Shown: positions 48,059-58,661 of the stretch, in pieces
Layout: every line of letters starts with the position of its first letter
Numbering within the stretch: position 1 is the first letter of the stretch
Assembly: GCA_027324805.1 (NCBI GenBank)
Contig: DAHVRZ010000001.1
Span: forward strand, 66,945-130,944
Origin: Candidatus Parcubacteria bacterium
GTDB lineage: Bacteria; Patescibacteriota; Minisyncoccia; UBA6257; 2-01-FULL-56-20
Direction: 5' to 3'
DNA length: 64,000 bases
Translations under genes and position numbers: made by a program
The notes under the pieces: generated by a model
Seen by the model: the letters and a program-made list of their open reading frames with translations, nothing else
Told to the model about the DNA's origin: nothing
The model's database searches: none

Positions 48059-49501
48059 TCATTGAGACTGCGTACGCTCCACGACCCTTTGGGAGAGCAG
48101 GGAGCGCACCGACTTTTCAAGGGTGATATGGCCGAAAAGAGAATCTCCATGCATCACCTTTATCATATAAGTGATGCCGTTATTGCCCATGTCGAGGATC
48201 TCTTTGTTCGCTACCTGGGTCACACATCCGCCGAGAACGATCTTTGCGCGTTCGCCGGCGCGCGTTGCAACCATGGTTATCTGTTCGGGCGTAAGGTTCT
48301 GCGCTTCATCCACAAGGACATATTCGTCCTGCAATGTCCTTCCTTGGATGAAGTTGATCGGTTCGATGGAAATCCTCCCCTCCTTCAAGAGGCCGTTGAT
48401 ATTGAAGCTATTTTTCTTGGCGTCCTTCGATTTTGATTCCGTTTTGTTCATCAACTTGAATTGATCGAAGACGGGCTTCATCCATGGCGCGAATTTCTCA
48501 TCGAGATCACCGGGGAGAAAACCGAGTTCCTTCCCCAGTTCGATGTTCGGCCGGTATACGAGGAGCTGCGAATTTTCCCCGTCCCGTATTGCCTCGAGAC
48601 CCGCAAGGAGCGGAAGCAGTGTCTTGCCGCTGCCGGCAGCTCCTGAAAGTGCCACGAGCTTGATGGAGGGGTCCCTTAGCAGTGCAAGTTCGAAGGCTTG
48701 ACCGATATTGCGCGGCTGGATGCCGTCTGCCATCTGGGGTTGGGGTTTCGGTTTAGGGACATGAACGAAGCGTGGCGGGTGATCATCGTCGCTTTTGTGA
48801 ATTGCAAGGATGCTTTTGCCCTCAGCCTCGAAAACACAGCATGCATTGGGGTAAAGTTCCGGGGTGATAATGAGCCCGTTCAGGACTTCCCGTGTCGTTC
48901 CGGCCGCTCCGCTCTCGCAGATCAGTCGGCACAGCTCGGAGAAATTATTCGGGTTCACCGGGATGGTGACCATGCCACTCGAAATCTCGCTCGGGCTTTG
49001 CACCATTTTGTTGTGCCGGTAATCATCCGCGGGAATTCCATAGCTGGATGCTTTCAGGCGAAGACTTGGTCTCTTTGAGATCACACAGACTTCACTCAGC
49101 GAAAAGTGCTGGATGATGTTCTCTGTTGCATCGAAGGCCCTATTCGACCTCTGGTGCGGCTTTTGGGGTTGCTGTCGCTTGCTTCGGAGAAGGTCGCGCC
49201 ATTTGAGTGCTACACCAATAAGAATGTTGTCGTTCGTCATCGGTCGGAGCGCAAGGTCGTTCGGCCTATTGATCCTGTTGTCCACGATGACCACTCCGCC
49301 GTTGGGCGTCGCAACTCCTTTGCTAAGATCGCCTTTTGCCTTCAGTCCGTCGAGGACCGCAAGCACTTCGCTCCCTTCCGGTTGGAGTTCAAGCTCATCG
49401 ATGACATGCCCAGGAATGACTACTACGTTATCCTCGAACGATAGTGGTGCTTTTGCGTCGCTGCGATACGGGGTCCGATCGGTGATGAATACTTTTGCCA
49501 T
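48059..49501 (-). CDS. PhoH-family ATPase with N-terminal PIN domain (YlaK-like)
   Basis: N-terminus MAKVFITDRTPYRSD...VVVIPGHVIDELE (PIN). Walker A ALSGAAGSGKTLL and Walker B YVLVDEAQN (PhoH). The ORF-track extension to 49681 crosses tRNA-Phe, so the ATG at 49501 with RBS GGAGGG is preferred. Confidence 0.8.
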   Translation of the reverse strand: MAKVFITDRTPYRSDAKAPLSFEDNVVVIPGHVIDELELQPEGSEVLAVLDGLKAKGDLSKGVATPNGGVVIVDNRINRPNDLALRPMTNDNILIGVALKWRDLLRSKRQQPQKPHQRSNRAFDATENIIQHFSLSEVCVISKRPSLRLKASSYGIPADDYRHNKMVQSPSEISSGMVTIPVNPNNFSELCRLICESGAAGTTREVLNGLIITPELYPNACCVFEAEGKSILAIHKSDDDHPPRFVHVPKPKPQPQMADGIQPRNIGQAFELALLRDPSIKLVALSGAAGSGKTLLPLLAGLEAIRDGENSQLLVYRPNIELGKELGFLPGDLDEKFAPWMKPVFDQFKLMNKTESKSKDAKKNSFNINGLLKEGRISIEPINFIQGRTLQDEYVLVDEAQNLTPEQITMVATRAGERAKIVLGGCVTQVANKEILDMGNNGITYMIKVMHGDSLFGHITLEKSVRSLLSQRVVERTQSQ

Positions 49502-49585
49502 AGTTCCCTCCTGCTGGGCCTTAACGTGGATTGTGAATCTTACTTCTGCCTGCATTCTAAACCTCTTTTCGAACAGAGCGCAATA

Positions 49586-49612
49586 GCAAAAAACCCCTGC
49601 GGGGTTTTTGCG
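49586..49612. terminator. bidirectional rho-independent terminator
   Basis: AAAAAACCCCTGCGGGGTTTTTG. Confidence 0.7.
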
Positions 49613-49624
49613 TGCGGTGAATTG

Positions 49625-49695
49625 TGCCGCGAAGTAGAATCGAACTACTGTACTCCGCTCTTCAGGCGGATGCTCTACCATTGAGCTATCGCGGC
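49625..49695 (-). tRNA. tRNA-Phe (anticodon GAA)
   Basis: GCCGCGA TA GCTC AATGGTA GAGC A TCCGC CTGAAGA GCGGA GTAC AGTAG TTCGATT CTACT TCGCGGC A. Confidence 0.85.
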
Positions 49696-49777
49696 TCGAA
49701 CACGATATAGGATAGCGGATTTCATGCCGCCTGTAAATATCGCGTGAAATAAAAAAGCCCCTTGCGGGGCCCTTTTG

Positions 49778-50872
49778 TTATTTCTTTGTCTTCAATGTAA
49801 TCCGCTTCTCCTCCGTCTTCACCTGATCGATGACAAATGGATAGCTTTGGCCAATGGCGAGTGCTTTTTTCATTTCCTCCTGGCCGCCGAATTCGGAAAT
49901 GTGCACCATACCCTGGAGATCGCCTTCGAGCGCGACCACGGCGCCGAATGGATTGAACTTGTAGACGCGGCCTTGGATCGTGGCGCCCGGCTTGATCTCG
50001 GAGGGGAGTTTCGTCCATGGATCCTCCTTGAGCGCCTTGAGCGAAAGGAAGACGCGGCCCTCTTTGATATCAATGATCTTGGCCTTCAACGGATCGTTCA
50101 CTTTCACGAGCTCTTTCGGATTATCGATAAGCTTGTAGTCGAGCTCGGAGATATGGATCATGCCCTCGATTTGCGGATTGTCGGCAAAGCGGACAAAGAC
50201 ACCGAAGTCGGCGACGCCCGAGACGATGCAGTCCACTATCTGACCGACGGCATAGGCAGAGAGAAGCTCCTTCACGTTTGCCGTGAGCGTTTCGCGCTCG
50301 GAGACGATCACCTTATTGGTACGAGGATTCGCATCAATGATCTTTACGTTGAGCTCCTGCCCGACGAATTTCTTCAACTCCTCAGCGATTCTCGTGCGGT
50401 CGCCGTCCGGAACTTTCGGATAATGCTCAAGGGAAAGCTGGGAAACAGGGAGGAACGCCTTAAGGTCCTCGATGACGGTCGTCATGAGGCCTCCTGCATT
50501 TGCCGCGACGATCTTCGCCTTGATAACCTCGCCGGATTCCGTGAGTTCCTTCACCTGAGCCCAGAGCTTCTGTTTGCCCGCTTCCGCGAGCGAAAGTTCA
50601 ATGAGGCCCTCTTCGCCGTCGAGTGCGACGATCTTCGCCTGGATTTTCTCACCGGGGTTGAGGCCGCGGAGTGCTTCGCGGGCGTTCGATACCTCGGCAC
50701 CGTAGACGATACCCGTGCCGAAGCGGCCCATATCGAAATAGGCCTTACGGGGGAATTTCTTCATAAGCTCCACGTCTATGATCATTCCCTCCTTGGGCCA
50801 GGCGGCGGCGGAAAGCTCGGTCTTGATGGCCTGCGCGATTGCGGCGGCCTTGGGTTCTTCTGTTTGCGACAT
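49778..50872 (-). CDS. rpsA: 30S ribosomal protein S1 (four S1 domains)
   Basis: Repeated S1 OB-fold motifs (G.V..I..FGAFV, I..GMVHISE). Confidence 0.88.
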   Translation of the reverse strand: MSQTEEPKAAAIAQAIKTELSAAAWPKEGMIIDVELMKKFPRKAYFDMGRFGTGIVYGAEVSNAREALRGLNPGEKIQAKIVALDGEEGLIELSLAEAGKQKLWAQVKELTESGEVIKAKIVAANAGGLMTTVIEDLKAFLPVSQLSLEHYPKVPDGDRTRIAEELKKFVGQELNVKIIDANPRTNKVIVSERETLTANVKELLSAYAVGQIVDCIVSGVADFGVFVRFADNPQIEGMIHISELDYKLIDNPKELVKVNDPLKAKIIDIKEGRVFLSLKALKEDPWTKLPSEIKPGATIQGRVYKFNPFGAVVALEGDLQGMVHISEFGGQEEMKKALAIGQSYPFVIDQVKTEEKRITLKTKK

Positions 50873-50946
50873 GAGGATGATTATAGAGGAAATCCGCCTT
50901 TTTGCAAGGGCTTCGGCGCGGACGGTGCTGTACCTCTTCCTATTTC

Positions 50947-51327
50947 TTATTGCACTGCTTCGGGCGTGAAAAACTCCATGCCGCGATGGCCGATAAGAGC
51001 TCCGTTAGGGCCGTACATCGGCATAAGGTAACTTTCCGCGATCACCGATTGGCCGTTCTTCAGTTGTATCTTGCGGCTTTTCGCGCGGAACGCCGCTTCG
51101 CTTGAATAGAGCTTTCCAAAATGCTCAGCCCCCGCGACCGATTGGGCGTCTACAAGGAAATCGAGGATATTGTGGCCGATGAGTTCCTGCTCCGTATAGC
51201 CGAGCTTTTGTGCGAGTTTTGCGTTGAAAAAGCGCACCATAGTGATGCGGCCCATAAGGTCCGTATCGAAGAGCATGTCGCACTGTTCCTCCCCGAACCT
51301 TTCTTTAATGAGTGATTCTTCGGGCAT
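50947..51327 (-). CDS. PAS-domain protein
   Basis: ITMVRFFNAKLAQKLGYTEQELIGHNILDFL has a PAS-fold pattern. 126 aa. Confidence 0.55.
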   Translation of the reverse strand: MPEESLIKERFGEEQCDMLFDTDLMGRITMVRFFNAKLAQKLGYTEQELIGHNILDFLVDAQSVAGAEHFGKLYSSEAAFRAKSRKIQLKNGQSVIAESYLMPMYGPNGALIGHRGMEFFTPEAVQ

Positions 51328-51395
51328 GGTACCTGTTGGTTTTATGATATCATATCGCTGGAAATAGCACGACTTTTCTGCTAAAATGTACGCAT

Positions 51396-51983
51396 ATGGT
51401 CATCACTTATTTTGGTAACGGATGTTTCCGTCTGCAGAGCGGGGAGACATCGGTTCTCATCAATCCCGAAAACAACCGACTGAAAGCAGACGTCACTTTG
51501 AAAACTCTTATCGGTACCGCCTCAACGGAAGACGCGGCGGTTGTGGGTGATGATATATCCGGCCTTGCAATCTCCTTTCCGGGAGAATACGAAGAAAAGG
51601 ACATAGGGATCATGGGATACCCCGTGGCGGGCGAGTCCACGGACAAATTCATAAAAACGGCATACTCGGTTCTTTGGGAGGGCATGAAATTTGTTTTCCT
51701 TGGCCACCTTTCAACTCCGCTCGACGCAACCCTCATGGAGGAGTTGGCCGACCCTGATGTGCTTTTCCTGCCTGTTGGCGGAGGACATTTTCTCGAACCT
51801 GATGTTGCGGCCAAGATAGCGAAGCAGCTTGAAGCCAGGATCGTTATCCCTTCTTTCTTTAAAGATGCCACGCCGTTCCTGAAGGCGCTCGGCACGAAAG
51901 GGGAAGAGATGGATAAACTGGTGTTCAAACAGAAGGATATTATTGAGAATAAAGGCCGGGCGATCGTACTCCGCGCGGTTTGA
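51396..51983 (+). CDS. UPF0173-like metal-dependent hydrolase (MBL fold)
   Basis: N-terminus MVITYFGNGCFRLQSG...VLINP is typical of the UPF0173 family. Confidence 0.6.
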   Translation: MVITYFGNGCFRLQSGETSVLINPENNRLKADVTLKTLIGTASTEDAAVVGDDISGLAISFPGEYEEKDIGIMGYPVAGESTDKFIKTAYSVLWEGMKFVFLGHLSTPLDATLMEELADPDVLFLPVGGGHFLEPDVAAKIAKQLEARIVIPSFFKDATPFLKALGTKGEEMDKLVFKQKDIIENKGRAIVLRAV

Positions 51984-52333
51984 ATCCGGATACCCTCCAC
52001 TCTATCGCTATGGGAAAGAACGGCCGCGATCTTCTCGAAGAAGTGCAATCGCTCGATGATGGGGCGAAGCGGAAAGTGCTTATCGTTTCGAGTGCGGTAG
52101 TGATAGTAATCGTGGTTGCGATATGGGTCCTCTATTTCAATGATATCGTGATGGCGCCGTCCGGAGAAAACGGACAGGTGGCATCTACCACTGCTGCGGT
52201 TCCCGTTCCTTCCGTTTCTGCCGCGAATCCTTCGTCATCCGGTCCCGGTTTCTGGCATACTGTAGGGAATGACCTCTCCGGTCTCGCGAATGTTTTTACG
52301 GGCGGTCATGAATATATTCAATCGTCGCATTGA
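51980..52333 (+). CDS. small membrane-anchored hypothetical protein
   Basis: ATGA overlap with the upstream stop. Single TM segment VVIVIVVAIWVLYF. Confidence 0.5.
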   Translation: MNPDTLHSIAMGKNGRDLLEEVQSLDDGAKRKVLIVSSAVVIVIVVAIWVLYFNDIVMAPSGENGQVASTTAAVPVPSVSAANPSSSGPGFWHTVGNDLSGLANVFTGGHEYIQSSH

Positions 52334-52364
52334 TGCCGATATCCTTGTATAATCAACCATTATT

Positions 52365-54794
52365 ATGGCGGAAATAGAACCACGCGAAATAACTTCGGAG
52401 CTCGGACAATCCTATCTCGACTATGCAATGTCGGTGATCGTTTCGCGCGCTCTCCCCGATGTGCGTGACGGTCTCAAGCCGGTACATCGCCGGATTCTTT
52501 GGGATATGTGGGACAGCGGACTCACTGCGAGCGCCAAGTTCCGTAAGTCCGCGAACGTGATCGGTCAGGTGCTCGCGCGCTATCATCCGCACGGCGACGC
52601 TTCGGTATATGACGCAATGGTACGCATGGCGCAGGATTTTTCCATGCGCTATCCGCTCGTGCACGGCCAGGGCAACTTCGGCTCGATCGACGGCGATTCG
52701 CCGGCGGCCTATCGCTATACGGAGGCCAAACTTGCCAAGATCGCCGAAGAGATGCTTTTTGATATCGAAAAAGAGACGGTTGAGTGGATGCCGAATTACG
52801 ATGCCACGCGCAATGAGCCGAAGACGCTCCCCGCGAAACTCCCGAACCTTCTCCTGAACGGCACGCTCGGCATCGCCGTCGGTATGGCAACGTCCATTGC
52901 ACCGCACAATCTTGGTGAAGTGATTGATGCGGTTCTGCATCTTGCCGACAACCCCGATGCGACGAGTGAAGACCTCTGCGAGTTCATCAAAGGCCCCGAT
53001 TTTCCGACGGGCGGCATTATCTACGATGCGAAGGCGATCAAGGCGGCATATATGTCGGGCAAAGGGGCGATCCTTGCTCGCGCGAAAGCGGAGATCATCG
53101 AGAAGAAGAACAGCCGGCAGTTCGATATTGTCATCACCGAGATCCCGTATCAGGTGAACAAGGCGGAACTCATCAAGACGATCGCCGAGCTTGCACAGGA
53201 CAAGAAGATCGAGGGTATCCGCGACCTGCGCGACGAATCGGACCGCGAGGGCATGCGTATTGTGATCGAGCTCAAAAACGACGTGGCGCCACAGAAGGTT
53301 CTCAACTGGCTCTACAAGCACACCGACCTCGAGAAGAATTTCAATATGAATATGATCGCACTTGTGTCCGAAAACGGCGGGCTCGTGCCGCGGCTGCTTG
53401 CGCTTAAGGATATCCTGCGTGAGTATCTGGCCTACCGCAAGGAGGTGATCAAACGCCGCACGCAATTCGATCTCCGCAAGGCGGAAGAGCGTGCCCACAT
53501 CCTCGAAGGATTGATGATCGCCCTCGATGCGATCGACCGTGTGATCGCCACCATCCGCAAGTCGAAAGACAAAGATGAGGCGCATGCCGCACTCATGAAA
53601 CTTTTCAAATTGAGCGACGTGCAGGCGACGGCGATCCTTGAAATGCGCCTCCAGTCGCTCGCCGCACTCGAGCGGCTCAAAATCGAAGCCGAGCTTAAGG
53701 AAAAAAGGACTCTCATAGAAGATCTGAAAGCCATCTTAAAGAGTCCGGCGCGTATCGTGAAAATCATCAAGGATGAAATTGGCGAAATAAGGGCAAAGTA
53801 TGGGGATGAGCGTCGAACGCGCGTCGTTTCCCGGGCGCCTGAATCCGTGAGCGACGAGGATCTCGTGCCGGAGGAGGAAGCGATGGTGACGGTTTCCGCC
53901 GGCGGCTACATCAAACGGCTTCCGCCGGATACCTTCAAAGTCCAGCGCCGCGGCGGCAAGGGGCTTATCGGTTCCGATGTTGCCGATGAGGATTTCCTCT
54001 CTCATTTCTTCAGTGCGAACACGCATGACAACGTGCTTTTCTTCACCGATAAAGGACGCGTGTTCCAGACGAAAATCTATGAGATCCCGCAGGCCACACG
54101 CACCTCGAAAGGGCGGGCCATCCAAAACTTCCTCGAACTGCCGTCCGACGAGCACGTGAACGCAATCGTCAATTATTCTTCGAAAAAAGAGCCGAAGAAA
54201 TACCTCATAATGGTCACCAAGCAGGGCCTTATAAAGAAGACCCCGCTTACGGATTTCGAGAACATCCGTCGTAACGGCATTATTGCAATGAAGCTCAAGA
54301 AGGGGGATGCCCTCAAATGGGCCAAGCTGACCACCGGCAACGATCAGGTTATTCTGGCGACCCGCCAGGGACAATCCATCCGCTTCGACGAAAAGCAGGC
54401 GCGTCCGATGGGACGCACTGCCGCCGGTGTCCGTGCGATCAAACTCAAAAAACAGAACGACGAAGTTGCCGGATTTGATATAATCAAAGGAGACGATGCG
54501 ATGTTCCTCATCGTGATGGAGCACGGCTTCGCGAAGCAGACATCGCTTAAAGAATATAAGAAGCAGGCGCGCGGCGGATCCGGCATCAAGACCGCGGAAG
54601 TGACGCCGAAGACGGGAGTCGTCATCTCGGCACACATCATTACGGGTGAGAAGGAGATATTCGCTCTTTCTGCCAAAGGCCAGATGATCCGGACCGAACT
54701 TTCGGCCGTCCGTAAAACCGGCCGTTCCGCGCAGGGCGTACGCATCATGAACCTGAATTCCGGCGATCGACTCGCAGGGACGGTCACGATCTAG
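52365..54794 (+). CDS. gyrA: DNA gyrase subunit A
   Basis: [23 protein letters not shown]...[10 protein letters not shown] (active-site Tyr region). C-terminal beta-pinwheel repeats. Confidence 0.95.
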   Translation: MAEIEPREITSELGQSYLDYAMSVIVSRALPDVRDGLKPVHRRILWDMWDSGLTASAKFRKSANVIGQVLARYHPHGDASVYDAMVRMAQDFSMRYPLVHGQGNFGSIDGDSPAAYRYTEAKLAKIAEEMLFDIEKETVEWMPNYDATRNEPKTLPAKLPNLLLNGTLGIAVGMATSIAPHNLGEVIDAVLHLADNPDATSEDLCEFIKGPDFPTGGIIYDAKAIKAAYMSGKGAILARAKAEIIEKKNSRQFDIVITEIPYQVNKAELIKTIAELAQDKKIEGIRDLRDESDREGMRIVIELKNDVAPQKVLNWLYKHTDLEKNFNMNMIALVSENGGLVPRLLALKDILREYLAYRKEVIKRRTQFDLRKAEERAHILEGLMIALDAIDRVIATIRKSKDKDEAHAALMKLFKLSDVQATAILEMRLQSLAALERLKIEAELKEKRTLIEDLKAILKSPARIVKIIKDEIGEIRAKYGDERRTRVVSRAPESVSDEDLVPEEEAMVTVSAGGYIKRLPPDTFKVQRRGGKGLIGSDVADEDFLSHFFSANTHDNVLFFTDKGRVFQTKIYEIPQATRTSKGRAIQNFLELPSDEHVNAIVNYSSKKEPKKYLIMVTKQGLIKKTPLTDFENIRRNGIIAMKLKKGDALKWAKLTTGNDQVILATRQGQSIRFDEKQARPMGRTAAGVRAIKLKKQNDEVAGFDIIKGDDAMFLIVMEHGFAKQTSLKEYKKQARGGSGIKTAEVTPKTGVVISAHIITGEKEIFALSAKGQMIRTELSAVRKTGRSAQGVRIMNLNSGDRLAGTVTI

Positions 54795-54845
54795 CCATCT
54801 CCTCCGTATCGGGAGGGGAGTCGGACGCTTTTCCCCTCATTATCA

Positions 54846-56156
54846 ATGCCCACCAAACTTACCCAGCGTCAGATCATAATCATCGCCATCGTTGCGCTTG
54901 TTGTGATCGCCGGCCTTGCGATTTTCATTCTCAATCTTCGTTCAAGCACCAGCGGCTATTCGGCGCAGAACCTCACGATCTGGGGAACCGACGATCCGAA
55001 GGCGTTCAATGATATGATCGCAAAATATACGGGTCCTGGCTCCGGCACGCAGACGAGCATCAAATATACGCAGATCAGTGCCGCGAACTATCAAAACCAA
55101 GTACTCAGCGCGATTGCTGCGGGCAACGGGCCCGATGTTTTTGAAATAGGCAATCGCGACCTCCCGCAGTGGAAGAACGTGCTGTTGCCCGTCCCAACCA
55201 ACTTCGCATCGACTTTCAATCTTACGACCCTCGGCCAGGATTTTCCCGATGTGGTTTCCCGTGACTTCGTCTCGGGCGGATATATCTATGCACTTCCGCT
55301 TTCCGTGGACACGCTTGCGATGATCTACAACAAAGACCTTTTGAATACGGCAGGCATTGCGACGCTGCCAAAAACATGGAGCCAGTTCGACGGTGATATT
55401 CCACTCTTGCGGCAGGAGAATTCCGCCGGACAGATCACACAAGCCGCTGCGGCGCTCGGCGGTTCGGCAGCGAGTATCGGAAATGCATCCGATATTGTAT
55501 TTCTTATGATGCTTCAGAATGGTACGCAAATGCTTTCGAGCGACGGTTCGTCGGTAGCCTTCGCTTCCACGGGAGGAACGTCCGCGGCGGCAGGACAGAA
55601 CGCATTCGATTTCTATCTTCAATTCTCAAGCGCCTCGTCGCCTTACTATACCTGGAATGACAGTATGGGTAATGCTCTCGATGCCTTCGCTCAAGGTAAG
55701 GTCGCTATCATTTTTGATTATTCGTCAGCGCTCGCTTCCATCAAGGCAAAATCGCCGTTCCTCAATTATGGAGTGGCGGCCATGCCGCAGGCCGACAATG
55801 CGACGGCGGCGGTGAATTATGCGAAGTATAACGGGCTCGCGGTGAATAAGAACAGCGCGAATGCCCTCGCGGCATGGCAATTTGTCATCGGCTTGACCAC
55901 AAATGCCACCGATGAGAACATTTATACATCGGACACCGGCGCCCCTCCCGCGCTCCGGAGCGTGATAGCCGCCGACATGACCGATCCCGTGATGTCCGTG
56001 TTTGCATCGCAGGCCCTTACGGCGAAATCGTGGTATGAGTCGAACAGCGCGAAGATCAGCGATGCCGTTGATACCGCCATTACACAAGTACTCGACGGTT
56101 CCGCCGATTCGACGACGGCGCTCAGTGAGGCACAGTCCCAGATCAACGGAGGCTGA
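54846..56156 (+). CDS. ABC-transporter-type extracellular solute-binding protein (family 1-like), orphan
   Basis: N-terminal TM/signal, then ~410 aa matching the sugar-type SBP size and pattern. No permease or ATPase nearby. Confidence 0.6.
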   Translation: MPTKLTQRQIIIIAIVALVVIAGLAIFILNLRSSTSGYSAQNLTIWGTDDPKAFNDMIAKYTGPGSGTQTSIKYTQISAANYQNQVLSAIAAGNGPDVFEIGNRDLPQWKNVLLPVPTNFASTFNLTTLGQDFPDVVSRDFVSGGYIYALPLSVDTLAMIYNKDLLNTAGIATLPKTWSQFDGDIPLLRQENSAGQITQAAAALGGSAASIGNASDIVFLMMLQNGTQMLSSDGSSVAFASTGGTSAAAGQNAFDFYLQFSSASSPYYTWNDSMGNALDAFAQGKVAIIFDYSSALASIKAKSPFLNYGVAAMPQADNATAAVNYAKYNGLAVNKNSANALAAWQFVIGLTTNATDENIYTSDTGAPPALRSVIAADMTDPVMSVFASQALTAKSWYESNSAKISDAVDTAITQVLDGSADSTTALSEAQSQINGG

Positions 56157-56160
56157 TCGG

Positions 56161-56673
56161 ATGTCCATTATTCCCCCCATGAATCGTTTCCTCAACAATC
56201 TTCGCATCAAGGCCGCTTCCCGTTTTACATTCTTCCTGCTTTCTGCCGCGGTGGCGGTTGCCATTCCCTTTGTGGCATCGGCAACGGTGACCGCGCCGGA
56301 CATCTGGGCGATGCCCCCGGGGTATTGGGGTCCCATCGTATCGTGTACGGGGAATTATCCCATCGGCACCGGCACCACGTTGCCGGCGGGAGCGCTCCCG
56401 AATTGCACGAACCTGGACGATCTTCTTCAGACGGTCGTTAACACAATCTACCTTATAATGTCGGCGGGACTTTTCGTTATTGCCCCGATACTTTTCATCA
56501 TCGGCGGTATTATGATGATCATCTCGAGCGGTAATCCCGAAAAGATCGGCACGGCGCGGAAGACAATGATCGGTGCGGTTGTCGGCGTCGTTATCGTGCT
56601 TTGCTCCTATCTCATCGTGAATACTATAATTTCAGTGTTCCATATCACCGGGGTCGCAGGATTCGGTTCTTGA
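56161..56673 (+). CDS. VirB2/TrbC-like T4SS pilin-family protein
   Basis: RBS GGAGG. Signal/TM segment. Core motif ...FIIGGIMMIISSGNPEKIGTARKTMIGAVVGVVIVL (hydrophobic helix - G[ND]PEK - basic - hydrophobic helix). Confidence 0.65.
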   Translation: MSIIPPMNRFLNNLRIKAASRFTFFLLSAAVAVAIPFVASATVTAPDIWAMPPGYWGPIVSCTGNYPIGTGTTLPAGALPNCTNLDDLLQTVVNTIYLIMSAGLFVIAPILFIIGGIMMIISSGNPEKIGTARKTMIGAVVGVVIVLCSYLIVNTIISVFHITGVAGFGS

Positions 56674-56685
56674 CCGCATGAGATC

Positions 56686-57594
56686 ATGAAGAATACTTTT
56701 GCAATCATCTCGCTTTCATTATTCCTCGGTGCGACGGGGATTGCCGTGCTTTCGTTCTTTATGCCGGTACCGCTTCATGCGCAAGTGCAGATATCCGCTT
56801 CCATCCCCGGGCAGTACGCCACGACCGCCACCTCTTCTCCCTCCGCCTTTGTCGCAAACTTCTACCAATATGCATTGTCCGTCGCCGGTATCCTTGCTTT
56901 CGGCATCATCGTCTATGGAGGGGTGAAATATATGGCTTCGGTGGGGAACCCCTCGGGCCAGAGCGATGCGAAAGAATGGATCAAGGCTGCCATTATGGGC
57001 ATCCTTCTCCTTGCAGGATCCTATATGATCCTCTATATCATCAATCCCGGACTTGTGAACCTTTCACTGCCCAACAGTCTTGAATCGGTGGGTCAACAGG
57101 CGTCGCAGACGGGATTTGCGGGGAGTTCGGGGACGCCGACGGGAAAGTGCACACCTCCGACGAATGGGCCGTGTACGGCAGCATCGCTCAGCCAGTACAG
57201 CTGTCTTGGAAATTCAACGCTTGCCGGCGGTGTATGTAACGTCGAGAGCAGTGGCAACGCCGCGGCGGGAGGCGACCTTTCCACGAACCCCGGCCCCAAT
57301 GGGCGGAACCTTCCCGCATCGGTCGGACTCTTCCAGATCAATCTTTCCGCGAATACCATTCCCGCCAACTGCAAACCCGGTTCGTCAGGATGCCTTAATT
57401 GCCCTGCGGCGTTCACCAATCCCTACACCGGCTCCAATCCGCATACCTCCATCAAAGATATGAATCTCTATAAACAATGCGTTGCGGCGGCCGAGACTGT
57501 CTCCACCAACGTCCAGGAAGCCTGTCAGCTTTCCAAGAACGGCACGAACTGGAGTCTTTGGGGTCCCGCCACAAGAAAAGCGTGCGGTATATAA
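56686..57594 (+). CDS. pilin-like N-terminal domain fused to C-terminal lytic-transglycosylase (SLT-like) Cys-rich domain
   Basis: N-terminal 110 aa are paralogous (mature part identical) to the gene at 14290-14694. The C-terminus has E-S...GLFQI (NVESSGNAAAGG...ASVGLFQINLS), reminiscent of the SLT catalytic motif, and 10 Cys. Confidence 0.6.
   Translation: MKNTFAIISLSLFLGATGIAVLSFFMPVPLHAQVQISASIPGQYATTATSSPSAFVANFYQYALSVAGILAFGIIVYGGVKYMASVGNPSGQSDAKEWIKAAIMGILLLAGSYMILYIINPGLVNLSLPNSLESVGQQASQTGFAGSSGTPTGKCTPPTNGPCTAASLSQYSCLGNSTLAGGVCNVESSGNAAAGGDLSTNPGPNGRNLPASVGLFQINLSANTIPANCKPGSSGCLNCPAAFTNPYTGSNPHTSIKDMNLYKQCVAAAETVSTNVQEACQLSKNGTNWSLWGPATRKACGI
56791..57022. repeat. copy B of the ~230-bp near-identical pilin-gene segment
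   Basis: See copy A. Encodes ISASIPGQYATT...AIMGILLLAG in both genes. Confidence 0.85.
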
Positions 57595-57604
57595 TACTTG
57601 AGAC

Positions 57605-58159
57605 ATGAAAAAAGCGCTTATCATAGTACTCGTCATCATCGTGATCGCTGCCGCCGCGGCCGGTGTTGTTTTCTTTATGAGGCAGCAGGGAAGCCCTTCC
57701 GGCAGTTCGGGGACCGGCACTATTCCCTTTGGTACGACCACGCCTACCGGGGCCTATTCATCTTCAACCGGAACCGGCAATGTGGTAACTTCTTCGGCGC
57801 CGGGGAGTGGGAGCAGTACCATCACTATCGGGACGAGCCGCGGCACTGTCACCCTGAACAATTTCTATAGCACCGCTGCGTATACCACCCAGGACGGCCA
57901 GACTGTGGTCCTCCAGGATCAGGCGGATTATCAGATCGTCTATAACGTTTCCGACAGCAGTTTTATTATTTCCATACTTGCGACGCCGCTCGAAGCGAAC
58001 CGCGAGGCGGCTGAGGCTGCATTCCTTGCCCAACTCGGGATATCCCAGGCTGACGCCTGTAAGCTTAAAGTGAGTGAAGGCGTGCCGATCGGTGTTTCCG
58101 ACCAATATCCCGGCGTGAATTTCCCGCTGAGTTTCTGCGGGAATTCCACACCCATGTAG
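57605..58159 (+). CDS. membrane-anchored secreted hypothetical protein
   Basis: N-terminal TM segment, Ser/Gly/Thr linker, then a beta-rich domain. Confidence 0.55.
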   Translation: MKKALIIVLVIIVIAAAAAGVVFFMRQQGSPSGSSGTGTIPFGTTTPTGAYSSSTGTGNVVTSSAPGSGSSTITIGTSRGTVTLNNFYSTAAYTTQDGQTVVLQDQADYQIVYNVSDSSFIISILATPLEANREAAEAAFLAQLGISQADACKLKVSEGVPIGVSDQYPGVNFPLSFCGNSTPM

Positions 58160-58185
58160 GATGGTTTATCTGCTATAATAGAACA

Positions 58186-58584
58186 ATGAAACGCGCTTAT
58201 CGAATGGTCGCCGGAGCTGGAGCGGCATTCGGTTCTTTCCTGGTGCTTGCGGCAACGGCAATGGCTTCGACATTAACCGGTGGAAGTTCTTCGGGCGGTT
58301 CCGGATCGTCGGGGGGGAGCGTTTCCCTCATTAACCCACTCAATACCACAAGCTTTCCGACAGTGGTTAATAATGTCATCGCTTTCCTTTCCACAGATGT
58401 CGCAATCCCGCTTACGGTGATAATGGTCCTTATTGGTGCATTCCAGATGATGACCTCGAGCGGAGAGCCGGAGAAATTCGGCAAAGCGAGGAAGACGCTT
58501 ACGTACGCCGCCATAGGACTTGCGGTGGCGCTTATTGCAACCGGCATCACATCCATCATCCAGAGCGTCCTGAATGGTTCGTAG
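58186..58584 (+). CDS. VirB2/TrbC-like T4SS pilin-family protein
   Basis: Signal peptide. Core motif ...VIMVLIGAFQMMTSSGEPEKFGKARKTLTYAAIGLAVALIATG. Confidence 0.65.
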   Translation: MKRAYRMVAGAGAAFGSFLVLAATAMASTLTGGSSSGGSGSSGGSVSLINPLNTTSFPTVVNNVIAFLSTDVAIPLTVIMVLIGAFQMMTSSGEPEKFGKARKTLTYAAIGLAVALIATGITSIIQSVLNGS

Positions 58585-58661
58585 CGGCCGTGGCGGGATG
58601 GACAATTCCCCAAAAGCGTGCGACGATTATTCCAACAAACGGTCGAAAAATCACCCTTACT

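Noticed and set aside
48059-49681. Full 540-aa extent of the PIN-PhoH ORF
   Set aside because: The upstream 60 codons run across the tRNA-Phe gene. The real start is the ATG at 49501 with a GGAGGG RBS.
49775-51031. 418-aa plus-strand ORF
   Set aside because: Antisense to rpsA (S1). Rejected in favour of the conserved S1-domain reading.
52353-54787. Minus-strand ORFs of 410 aa and 299 aa
   Set aside because: Antisense to gyrA, whose reading frame is unambiguous.
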